A DNA stretch of 64,000 bases, from NCBI GenBank assembly GCA_017935065.1, contig JAGBIF010000010.1:8082-72081 (forward strand), written 5' to 3'. Under the pieces are notes generated by a model. That model saw only the letters and a list, made by a program, of their open reading frames with translations. It searched no databases and was not told the origin of the DNA. This document shows positions 53,569 to 61,624 of this stretch, in pieces. The position numbers were made by a program, and so were the translations under genes. Positions within the stretch are counted from its first letter, which is position 1, and every line of letters starts with the position of its first letter. Origin of the DNA: Clostridia bacterium. GTDB lineage: Bacteria > Bacillota > Clostridia > Oscillospirales > CAG-272.

Positions 53569-53883
53569 ATGGAACCAATTGACATCATAATTCTGATTGC
53601 CATCCTTCTCATAATAGGTGGCGCCGTAGCATATATTATAAAGGCAAAAATGAGTGGCAAGCGCTGTATAGGCTGTCCCGAAAGCGCCACCTGCAAATCA
53701 TCCTGTAGCGGCAGCTGCAGCACCTGTTCTTGCGGTTGCGGCACCAAGCTTCAAACCGCGGAGAATAGCGCCGAGAACACCGCGAACGCTACCGCACAGG
53801 ATAGCCGAGATACCCTATCCAAGGACACAGAAGCCACCCCACCACCCGATACCCCTGATGTCTCGGACACCAAGCCCGAGTAA
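53569..53883 (+). CDS. FeoB-associated Cys-rich membrane protein with an extended C-terminal tail
   Basis: MEPIDIIILIAILLIIGGAVAYIIKAKMSGKRCIGCPESATCKSSCSGSCSTCSCGCG has one transmembrane helix and a Cys cluster. GGAGG lies 7 nt upstream of ATG 53569. A ~45-aa polar tail is atypical for this family. Confidence 0.65.
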   Translation: MEPIDIIILIAILLIIGGAVAYIIKAKMSGKRCIGCPESATCKSSCSGSCSTCSCGCGTKLQTAENSAENTANATAQDSRDTLSKDTEATPPPDTPDVSDTKPE

Positions 53884-53905
53884 AACAAAAATAATTATTG
53901 ACTGC

Positions 53906-53942
53906 AAAACGGCTGCAAGGAAGCTTCCTCGCAGCCGTTTTT
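53906..53942 (+). terminator. Rho-independent terminator of the feo operon
   Basis: aaaacggctgc-aaggaagcttcctc-gcagccgttttt. Confidence 0.8.
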
Positions 53943-53956
53943 GCCCTTAAGTGCCA

Positions 53957-53998
53957 AAAAGTGTAAAAAATGAAAAAGTGTATCTATGGAAAAGTGTG
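53957..53998 (+). repeat. three direct AAAAGTGT(A/G) repeats upstream of the AAA+ gene promoter
   Basis: Copies at 53957, 53974 and 53990, spaced 17 and 16 nt. An inverted copy TTTTACACT lies at 54013-54021, inside the promoter spacer. Confidence 0.7.
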
Positions 53999-54006
53999 AA
54001 AAATGC

Positions 54007-54035
54007 TTGACATTTTACACTAAGTATGATATGCT
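54007..54035 (+). promoter_or_regulatory. promoter TTGACA-17-TATGCT for the AAA+/DUF4143 gene
   Basis: ttgacattttacactaagtatgatatgct. Confidence 0.55.
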
Positions 54036-54056
54036 TTAGTTGAAAGGACGGTTATT

Positions 54057-55355
54057 ATGGAGCGTAAAATATATAAGGAGCTTCTTTCGTGGAAGCATAG
54101 CGAGGACAGAAAGCCTCTTATACTGCAGGGAGCGAGACAGGTTGGTAAAACCTATATACTGAATTATTTTGCAAGCCGTGAGTATGCAAACTGTATCTAC
54201 TGTAACTTTGAGCGTGAGCCTGCGCTTGTCGAATTCTTTTCGGATCTTGAGCCCAAAAATATAATAAAGAAGCTTTCGGTATATAAAAGGCGTGAGATAT
54301 TTCCCGCGCACACTCTGATAATTTTTGATGAGATTCAGGCGTGTCCTCTTGCCATTACCTCGCTCAAGTATTTTATGGAGGATGCGAGAGAGTATCATAT
54401 TGTGGCGAGCGGCTCGTTGCTCGGAGTTTCCGTAAACAGGGCGGACAGCTCGTTCCCTGTAGGAAAGGTGCAGTTTCTGACGCTCTATCCGCTTGACTTT
54501 GAGGAGTACCTTATGGCAAGAGGCGAGGGTGAGCTTGCCGCTCTTATAAGAGAGCGCTACGATAGCGGAACACCCATGGAAACGCTTTTTCACGAGCGCG
54601 CTCTTGACTATTACAGGGAATATCTTTTCGTTGGAGGAATGCCCGAAGCGGTTGAGGAGTACAACAAAAACAAAAGCCCCGATCTGGTACGAATTATACA
54701 GAAATCCATTCTTGAGGCTTACCATAACGATATGGGAAAATACAATAAGCAAAGTGAAATTCCCAAGACGAGAATAGTTTACAAAAGCGTCAGCACTCAG
54801 CTTGCGAAGGAAAACCGCAAATTCCAGTACAAGGATATAAAAAAGGGTGGCAGAGCCTCGGAGTTTGAAGCCGCGATAGAGTGGCTTTGCCTTGCGGGAA
54901 TTGCCGCGCAGAATTTTCGTGTAGAGCAGATTATGCTGCCGCTTAACGCGTATAGGTCACTCACCGATTTTAAATTCTATATGAGCGACGTCGGACTTCT
55001 TTGCGCCAGTCAGGATATCTACTATGATGATATAATACAGGATAATGTCCTGCTAAGAGGCTTTAAGGGCGGTCTTGCGGAGAACTACGTTTTCAACCAG
55101 CTCACCTCGAGCGGCTTTCCTCTTTATTATTGGACGAGCGGAAATCAGGCAGAGATTGATTTTATAACGAGAATAGGTAGCGATATTGTTCCCATTGAGG
55201 TAAAATCCGATACGAACACCCGTTCTCGAAGCCTTGCTCTTTATATGGAAAAGCATAACCCGAGCTACTCTGTGAGGATTTCGGCAAAGAACTTCGGAGA
55301 GGAAAACGGAATAAAAAGCATTCCTCTTTATGCCGTTTTCTGTATTAAAAAATAG
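54057..55355 (+). CDS. AAA+ ATPase with a C-terminal DUF4143-like domain (COG1373 type)
   Basis: 432 aa. Walker A LQGARQVGKTY and Walker B LIIFDEIQ. The C-terminal part (AENYVFNQL...YYWTSGNQAEIDFI) resembles a restriction-endonuclease-like fold typical of this family. Confidence 0.8.
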   Translation: MERKIYKELLSWKHSEDRKPLILQGARQVGKTYILNYFASREYANCIYCNFEREPALVEFFSDLEPKNIIKKLSVYKRREIFPAHTLIIFDEIQACPLAITSLKYFMEDAREYHIVASGSLLGVSVNRADSSFPVGKVQFLTLYPLDFEEYLMARGEGELAALIRERYDSGTPMETLFHERALDYYREYLFVGGMPEAVEEYNKNKSPDLVRIIQKSILEAYHNDMGKYNKQSEIPKTRIVYKSVSTQLAKENRKFQYKDIKKGGRASEFEAAIEWLCLAGIAAQNFRVEQIMLPLNAYRSLTDFKFYMSDVGLLCASQDIYYDDIIQDNVLLRGFKGGLAENYVFNQLTSSGFPLYYWTSGNQAEIDFITRIGSDIVPIEVKSDTNTRSRSLALYMEKHNPSYSVRISAKNFGEENGIKSIPLYAVFCIKK

Positions 55356-55367
55356 CTTAAATACGCT

Positions 55368-55407
55368 AAAAAGTCATCCAAAGGAAAAATCCCCGGGATG
55401 ACTTTTT
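55368..55407. terminator. bidirectional terminator between the AAA+ gene and the XRE gene
   Basis: A perfect 12-bp stem pairs aaaaagtcatcc with ggatgacttttt. Confidence 0.8.
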
Positions 55408-55418
55408 GCTTTAAAATA

Positions 55419-55691
55419 TCAGAGCTTCTTCAGCACGTCAAGCTGCTTTTGTATTCCGTTGATAAGAGCTATGCGCTTTTTTGCGGTGCTGGCATCTGTA
55501 TCAACACGCCCGACAAGATAGTCGATTGAAACGTCAAAAAAGTCGGCAAGCCGTATAAGTGCGTATGCGTCGGGCATTGTTTTGCCCGTTTCATAGTTAG
55601 ATATCGTGCGCTGGTCTATTCCAGTTGCGGCGGCAAGATCGCTTTGCCGCATATCTCTGTCCTCGCGAAGGTCCTTTATTCTATTTTTCAT
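55419..55691 (-). CDS. XRE-family helix-turn-helix regulator
   Basis: 90 aa. MRQSDLAAATGIDQRTISNYETGKTMP...LADFFDVSIDYLVGR. Confidence 0.85.
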   Translation of the reverse strand: MKNRIKDLREDRDMRQSDLAAATGIDQRTISNYETGKTMPDAYALIRLADFFDVSIDYLVGRVDTDASTAKKRIALINGIQKQLDVLKKL

Positions 55692-55722
55692 ACAAAGCCC
55701 CCCGTGATTTTATAATTAATTT

Positions 55723-55738
55723 TACCATAAAATTGGTA
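55723..55738. promoter_or_regulatory. TACCA-N6-TGGTA palindrome (candidate XRE operator 1)
   Basis: taccataaaattggta lies just upstream of the -35 of the LRR-gene promoter. Confidence 0.45.
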
Positions 55739-55746
55739 TATATGTA

Positions 55747-55775
55747 TTGACAGACCAAGAAAATGCGTGTATAAT
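55747..55775 (+). promoter_or_regulatory. sigma-70-type promoter TTGACA-17-TATAAT for the LRR lipoprotein gene
   Basis: ttgacagaccaagaaaatgcgtgtataat. Confidence 0.7.
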
Positions 55776-55783
55776 TATTATTG

Positions 55784-55799
55784 TACCAAAATATTAGTA
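55784..55799. promoter_or_regulatory. TACCA-N6-TAGTA near-palindrome (candidate XRE operator 2)
   Basis: taccaaaatattagta lies just downstream of the -10 element. Confidence 0.4.
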
Positions 55800-55871
55800 T
55801 AAAGACTTCGGTATGTAAGTTTTTGCATTGGTATAGCATTAACACTTTATTATCTATTAGGAGTAAGTTGT

Positions 55872-57530
55872 ATGAAAAAAACATTATGTTTAGTATTTGG
55901 TTTTATTTTGATCTTGTGTAGTGTTCTGCTATGCTCATGTGGTCAGAATGGTGAGGACGGCATTAAAAATGACGGAAAGTTTGAATATACTTTGTCGGTT
56001 GATGAAACCTATTATATTCTGACATCAAATAAAAATAAAAATGCACAGAACGTAGTTATCGAGAGTACGCACAAAGGACTTCCGGTCAAAACCATAGCAT
56101 CAAAGGCATTTGTTGGGTGCATGTCGATAAAAACTATTACCGTACCTGACAGTGTAAGCGTAATTGAAAAAGGGGCTTTTGCCGGTTGCACAGGTATTGA
56201 GGAAATTTCTTTACCGTTTGTATTTGGTAATAAAGAAGGGCAGTCATATTTTGGCTATATGTTTACATTCGAGCAGTATCCCGGAAACTCTTACGTTCCG
56301 AACACGTTGAAGAAGATAAACATAACGGGCGGAGATTCTATAACAAATGGCGCTTTCTCAAATTGCGATTATGTTAACGAAATATCCATTGCTAACACGG
56401 TCACAAGCATAGAAACGTCAGCGTTTCGTAATTGCCAAAATCTAATTACTATAAATATTCCTAACAGTGTCAAAACAATAGGCAACGACGCATTCGAAGG
56501 ATGTGAGTCCTTGAAGAACGTACACGCTCAGGATTTAGTCGGTTGGTGTCAAATAGGTTTTTCCAACCGAGAAGCAAATCCGTTAAAATACGGTAATTTG
56601 TGTTTAAACGGCAGTGAAGAAGTGATTAAGACTCTTGTGATTCCCACAGAAGTAACCTCGATCAATTCGTATGCTTTTTTTGGTTGTGATTCCATAGAAA
56701 CGGTTGTTATACCTGATAGTGTGACGAGAATTGGACGAGGCGTTTTTGGTGAATGTACTTCTATTTATAAGATTGAATTACCTTTTATTGGATACAATGA
56801 AATGAATGGACAAAACGCGATTTTGGGTAGTATTTTTGCTGACGAAAATACAAACACATCATCTTACGATTATAAGTACGTTCCCGAATCCTTAAAAACA
56901 GTTGTTGTAACAAATTCAACTTCTATCCCGGCACTTGCCTTTAATGAATGCCCTAACATTAGAAGTATAAAATTGCCGGATAATTTAAAAACTATTGGTA
57001 ACTTCGCTTTTGCAGAGTGTGTGTCGCTTACCGGCATTACAATTCCTGAGGGGGTAATAACAATCGGAAACAATGCTTTTCAAAATTGCACGGCGCTCAA
57101 TGATGTGAACATACCGAACGGTGTTATGACGATTGATGAAGAAACATTTAAAAACTGTTATAATCTTTCAAAGGTTAAATTGGGCAGTGGATTAACTCAA
57201 ATAGGTAAATCGGCATTTTTGAAGTGCAGTGCTATTCAGGAAATCATCTTGCCGCAAGGTCTTGTTTCTATCGGAAGTATTGCTTTTGGGGCGTGTTCTT
57301 CTCTTCGTAAAATCGTTATTCCTAAAAACGTGAACTACATAGGATCGCAGGCGTTTGCAGAATGCTCTTCACTGACGGAAGTAACTTTTGAAACTGTTAT
57401 AGGATGGAAACTGTATGATCATCCAATCTCGAGAACGTGGATAGACATCGATTCGAATTTAGCATCAAATCCTGTGGTAATGGCGAAACATTTAAGAGAT
57501 GATTACAGTAAAAAATATTGGGGACGGTAA
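55872..57530 (+). CDS. BspA-type leucine-rich-repeat surface lipoprotein
   Basis: Lipobox VLLCSCG. There are about 15 repeats of the pattern I.IP.SV..IG..AF..C.SL. The gene is clearly AT-richer than the rest of the window by eye. Confidence 0.85.
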   Translation: MKKTLCLVFGFILILCSVLLCSCGQNGEDGIKNDGKFEYTLSVDETYYILTSNKNKNAQNVVIESTHKGLPVKTIASKAFVGCMSIKTITVPDSVSVIEKGAFAGCTGIEEISLPFVFGNKEGQSYFGYMFTFEQYPGNSYVPNTLKKINITGGDSITNGAFSNCDYVNEISIANTVTSIETSAFRNCQNLITINIPNSVKTIGNDAFEGCESLKNVHAQDLVGWCQIGFSNREANPLKYGNLCLNGSEEVIKTLVIPTEVTSINSYAFFGCDSIETVVIPDSVTRIGRGVFGECTSIYKIELPFIGYNEMNGQNAILGSIFADENTNTSSYDYKYVPESLKTVVVTNSTSIPALAFNECPNIRSIKLPDNLKTIGNFAFAECVSLTGITIPEGVITIGNNAFQNCTALNDVNIPNGVMTIDEETFKNCYNLSKVKLGSGLTQIGKSAFLKCSAIQEIILPQGLVSIGSIAFGACSSLRKIVIPKNVNYIGSQAFAECSSLTEVTFETVIGWKLYDHPISRTWIDIDSNLASNPVVMAKHLRDDYSKKYWGR

Positions 57531-57551
57531 CATATAAACGCTTTCGGGGCG

Positions 57552-57589
57552 CGGGACACTTTGGCTTCAAAGTGCCCCGTTTTTCTTTC
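57552..57589 (+). terminator. Rho-independent terminator of the LRR gene
   Basis: cgggacacttt-ggcttc-aaagtgccccg has one A.C mismatch, followed by TTTTTCTTT. Confidence 0.75.
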
Positions 57590-57662
57590 CGCCCACATTG
57601 CTCTAAGCCCCCGCAACGCACTTACCCATATATAACCCACCCCCCTATACGCCTTCGGGGGT

Positions 57663-57700
57663 GCGGGGGTGCTTGGGCGCCAAGCATCCCCGCTTTTTTT
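57663..57700 (+). terminator. second, orphan Rho-independent terminator upstream of fumC
   Basis: gcgggggtgcttgg-gcg-ccaagcatccccgc forms a 14-bp stem followed by T7. Confidence 0.75.
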
Positions 57701-57770
57701 CCTCTTTACACTTGCGCTCGGATATAATTTGTGATAAAATAAAGAAGTAAAAATATTTTGGGGGCGGATT

Positions 57771-59138
57771 ATGGGTTACCGTATAGAAAGAGACACGATG
57801 GGTGAGGTGCGTGTTGACGAGAACAGACTTTTTGGCGCGCAGACACAGAGAAGTCTTGAAAACTTTAAGATAGGCGAGGACAGAATGCCGCGCGAGGTCA
57901 TTCTTGCGATTATCAGAATAAAGCTTGCTTGCGCAAGAGCAAACGCAAGGCTTGTTCCCGACAGAATGACCGAGGAAAAGCTCTCGGCTATCGAGCACGC
58001 GGCAGAGGAGCTTCTTAGCGGTGAGCTGTGGGACGAGTTCCCGCTCTCGGTCTACCAGACAGGCTCGGGCACGCAGACCAATATGAACGTAAATGAGGTA
58101 ATAGCAAATTTCGGAAACAGGCTTGTGGGAAGGAGACTTCTTCACCCCAACGACGACGTAAATATGTCACAGTCGTCAAACGACGTCTTTCCCTCGGCTA
58201 TGCATGTGTCGGCGGTGTGCGCAATGGCCTCTCTGCTTGTAGCGCTTGACGGACTTATCACAGCATTTTGCGAGCTTGAAACAAGGTCGCAGGGAATAGT
58301 GAAGTGCGGCAGAACTCACCTTCAGGATGCAACCCCGATAGCATTCTCGCAGGAGGTAAGCGGCTGGCGCGCAACGCTTGAGGTTGACAGAGGACTTGTC
58401 GCGGGCGCTATGACCCCGCTTCTTAAGCTAGCCATAGGCGGTACCGCGGTCGGTACGGGACTAAACGCGCCAAAGGATTTCGATAAAGAGACCACGCGGG
58501 AGCTTTCACAACTTTTAGGTCACGCATTCGTACCCGACGAAAATAAATTCCACGCGCTCTCGGCAAAGAGCGAAATCTGTAATGCCCACGGTGCGCTTAA
58601 AACGCTTGCCTGCGACCTTGTCAAGATAGCAAACGATATTAGATGGCTTGCCTCGGGACCGCGCACAGGCCTCGGTGAGATAACGATACCCGAAAACGAG
58701 CCAGGCTCGTCAATTATGCCTGGAAAGGTAAATCCCACCCAGTGCGAGGCGGTAACGATGGTGGCAGCTCGCGTAATGGGAAATGATACTACTATTACCT
58801 TCGGCGCATCACAGGGTAATTTCGAGCTTAACGTATATATGCCCGTGACAATATACTCGTTCTTAAGTTCCGCAAGGCTTCTTACCGACGTTATGGCAAG
58901 CTTCACTAAAAACTGTGTGTGCAGAATTACGGCTAATAGCGAGAAAATGAGAACAAATCTTTACAATTCGCTTATGACCTCCACCGCGCTTACACCTTAT
59001 ATCGGATACGATAATACGGCCGCCGCGGTGCATCTTGCTCACGAAAAAAATATGACCCTGAAGGAGGCGGTGCTGTCGCTCGGTCTTATGAGCGAGGAGG
59101 ATTTTGATAAGCATTACCGCCCCGAGGAAATGATATAG
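57771..59138 (+). CDS. fumC: class II fumarate hydratase
   Basis: 455 aa. It has the signature GSSIMPGKVNPTQCEA and SSNDVFPSAMH. Confidence 0.9.
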   Translation: MGYRIERDTMGEVRVDENRLFGAQTQRSLENFKIGEDRMPREVILAIIRIKLACARANARLVPDRMTEEKLSAIEHAAEELLSGELWDEFPLSVYQTGSGTQTNMNVNEVIANFGNRLVGRRLLHPNDDVNMSQSSNDVFPSAMHVSAVCAMASLLVALDGLITAFCELETRSQGIVKCGRTHLQDATPIAFSQEVSGWRATLEVDRGLVAGAMTPLLKLAIGGTAVGTGLNAPKDFDKETTRELSQLLGHAFVPDENKFHALSAKSEICNAHGALKTLACDLVKIANDIRWLASGPRTGLGEITIPENEPGSSIMPGKVNPTQCEAVTMVAARVMGNDTTITFGASQGNFELNVYMPVTIYSFLSSARLLTDVMASFTKNCVCRITANSEKMRTNLYNSLMTSTALTPYIGYDNTAAAVHLAHEKNMTLKEAVLSLGLMSEEDFDKHYRPEEMI

Positions 59139-59154
59139 GAAGGATGTGCACAGT

Positions 59155-60327
59155 ATGGATATCAGAAAAAAATCACTTGAGTGCCACTATGAGTGGGGCG
59201 GTAAAATAGAGGTCAGGTCGCGTGTGCGGGTAGAGAGCAGAGAGGACCTCTCGCTTGCCTATACCCCAGGTGTCGCGGAGCCCTGCCTTGCAATACGCGA
59301 CAATAAGAGGCTGTCCTTCTCGCTCACAAGGCGAAAAAACCTCGTTGCGGTTATAACCGACGGCTCGGCGGTGCTCGGGCTTGGTGACATAGGCCCGCTT
59401 GCGGGTATGCCCGTAATGGAGGGCAAATGCGCACTGTTCAAGGAGTTTGCCGACGTCGACGCCTTTCCCATTTGCGTCGGGAGTAAGGATGTTGACGAGA
59501 TAGTTAAGACGGTAAGCCTTATCTCGGGCTCATTTGGCGGCATCAACCTTGAGGACATCGCGGCACCCAGGTGCTTTGAGATTGAAAGACGGCTCAAGGA
59601 GGTATGCGATATACCCGTATTCCACGATGACCAGCACGGCACGGCAATCGTGCTTGGCGCGGCGCTCATTAACGCACTTAAGGTGGTAGGAAAGTCACTC
59701 GGCGAGGTCGGGATAGTGATAAACGGCGCGGGTGCCGCGGGTACTGCAATTTGTATGCACCTTCTCTCGCTCGGTGCTAGGAATATTACGGTCGTCGACA
59801 GATTTGGAATAATCCGCGAGGGGGATGATACACTCTCGCCCGCCCACCGCGAGCTTTCGCTTCTAACCAACCGTAAGGGGCTTGCGGGCACGCTTGCCGA
59901 TGCGCTCGCCCTTGCCGACGTATTTATCGGAGTGAGCGCCCCAGGTGTCGTAAGCCGTGAGATGGTAGGCTCTATGGCAAAGGACGCTATTGTGTTCCCG
60001 ATGGCAAATCCCACCCCCGAGATTATGCCCGAGCTTGCGCTCTCGGCGGGAGCTAAAATCGTCGGTACGGGAAGAAGCGATTTCCCCAACCAGATAAATA
60101 ACGTGCTTGCATTCCCTGGAATATTCCGCGGCGCGCTTGATTGTCTCGCAAGCGATATAAATGAAGAAATGAAGCGCGCGGCAACCTTCGCGCTTGCGGC
60201 CTATATACCCGAGGACGAGCTTTCGGTGACGAATATCATTCCCTCGGCCCTTGATAAAAACGTTGCCTCGGCGGTGGCCCGTGCGGTTGCCGATGCCGCA
60301 AGGAAAAGCCGCGTTGCCCGCGGATAA
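59155..60327 (+). CDS. NAD(P)-dependent malic enzyme (short, single-module type)
   Basis: LAYTPGVAEPC, FHDDQHGTAIV and the Rossmann motif NGAGAAGTA. ATG 59155 follows an AGGAAGGA RBS. Confidence 0.9.
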   Translation: MDIRKKSLECHYEWGGKIEVRSRVRVESREDLSLAYTPGVAEPCLAIRDNKRLSFSLTRRKNLVAVITDGSAVLGLGDIGPLAGMPVMEGKCALFKEFADVDAFPICVGSKDVDEIVKTVSLISGSFGGINLEDIAAPRCFEIERRLKEVCDIPVFHDDQHGTAIVLGAALINALKVVGKSLGEVGIVINGAGAAGTAICMHLLSLGARNITVVDRFGIIREGDDTLSPAHRELSLLTNRKGLAGTLADALALADVFIGVSAPGVVSREMVGSMAKDAIVFPMANPTPEIMPELALSAGAKIVGTGRSDFPNQINNVLAFPGIFRGALDCLASDINEEMKRAATFALAAYIPEDELSVTNIIPSALDKNVASAVARAVADAARKSRVARG

Positions 60328-60422
60328 GCCAAGAATTGCTAACAGTTACTTACATATAGCTGTTATATTTAGCAAAATCGAGCGAAATTTCTTCTTAAAA
60401 TTTGCCTATCCCCTGAAAATTG

Positions 60423-60456
60423 GGGCTATCTCAAATTTTCGTTTGAGACAGCCCCA
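60423..60456 (+). terminator. hairpin after the malic enzyme gene (no U-tract)
   Basis: ggggctatctcaaa-ttttcg-tttgagacagcccc forms 13 bp with 1 mismatch. Confidence 0.4.
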
Positions 60457-60493
60457 TAAGCTTATAATAAGTAAAAACGAAAAAGGAAAAGAT

Positions 60494-61624
60494 ATGAAAA
60501 TTTTACATACGTCCGACCTTCATATTGGAAAGCGTGTAAACGAGTTTTCAATGCTTGACGACCAGAGGCATATTCTGAATGAAATTCTTGGGATCGTAAA
60601 GAATGAGCGCCCCGATGCTCTTATTATAGCGGGCGACGTCTACGATAAGAGCATACCGTCTGCCGAGGCGGTGACGCTTTTTGATAAATTTCTTCTTGAG
60701 CTTTCGGCACTGTCCCTGCCTACGTTTATCATCAGCGGTAACCACGATTCGCCCGAGAGGCTGGGCTTCGCATCGGGGCTTATCGGTGAGTGCGGAATAC
60801 ATATTCACGGCGTATATGAGGGTGCCCTCGGACACTTCACGCTCACCGATCGATACGGCCCTGTCAATTTCTATACACTTCCGTTTGTCAAGCCCACCCA
60901 CGTAAGGCGCTATTTTCCCGAGGCGGATATAGAGAGCTATACCGATGCCGTCCGTACGGCGCTCGACGGTTGCCCCGTGCGTGATGACGAGCGCAATATA
61001 CTTATCACGCATCAGTTCGTCACGGGAGCCAGCCGTACCGAGAGCGAGGAATGCTCGGTCGGCGGCACAGACAACGTGGATGCCGAGGTGTTTTCCCGTT
61101 TTGACTACGTAGCGCTCGGGCATATTCACCGTGCGCAAAGGGCAGGGGGAGAGAATATAAGATACAGCGGCTCACCCATAAAATATTCCTTTTCCGAGGC
61201 GGGGGATAAAAAATCCGTAACGGTGATAGAGCTTGGCAGGAAGGGCGAGATATCCGTCAGGGAAATCGGGCTTACACCGCTTACCGATATGGCACAGATA
61301 CGCGGAGAGTATAACGAGGTAATATCCAAGAGCTTTTATGAGGGGAAGGACTTTCGTGACGCGTATCTTCGGGTTACGCTTACCGACGAGACGGATATCC
61401 CCGATGCTATAAGCAGGCTTCGTACCGTCTACAAAAATATTATGCTTCTTCAGTATGACAACACCCGCACGAGACATTCATCTGAAATCGGTGCCGCATC
61501 GGACGTTGAGGAAAAGAGCCCGCTTGCGCTTTTCACCGAGCTTTTTGAGGCGCAAAACGGCAGAGCTATGACCCAAGAGGAGCTTGCCTGCATTACGAAA
61601 TATATAGAGGAGGTATGGCGATGA
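60494..61624 (+). CDS. sbcD: exonuclease SbcD (Mre11-type nuclease)
   Basis: MKILHTSDLHIG, GDVYD, GNHD and GHIH phosphoesterase motifs. The track ORF 60251.. extends upstream into the malic enzyme gene, so I use ATG 60494 (AAGGAAAAG RBS). Confidence 0.9.
   Translation: MKILHTSDLHIGKRVNEFSMLDDQRHILNEILGIVKNERPDALIIAGDVYDKSIPSAEAVTLFDKFLLELSALSLPTFIISGNHDSPERLGFASGLIGECGIHIHGVYEGALGHFTLTDRYGPVNFYTLPFVKPTHVRRYFPEADIESYTDAVRTALDGCPVRDDERNILITHQFVTGASRTESEECSVGGTDNVDAEVFSRFDYVALGHIHRAQRAGGENIRYSGSPIKYSFSEAGDKKSVTVIELGRKGEISVREIGLTPLTDMAQIRGEYNEVISKSFYEGKDFRDAYLRVTLTDETDIPDAISRLRTVYKNIMLLQYDNTRTRHSSEIGAASDVEEKSPLALFTELFEAQNGRAMTQEELACITKYIEEVWR

Noticed and set aside
57518-57727. 69-aa plus-strand ORF downstream of the LRR gene
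   Set aside because: It overlaps the LRR gene's 3' end and two Rho-independent terminators. It is proline/arginine-rich shadow sequence.
60251-60493. N-terminal 81-aa extension of the SbcD ORF
   Set aside because: It overlaps the 3' end of the malic enzyme gene and a strong hairpin. SbcD homologs begin at MKILHTSDLH (ATG 60494), which has an RBS.
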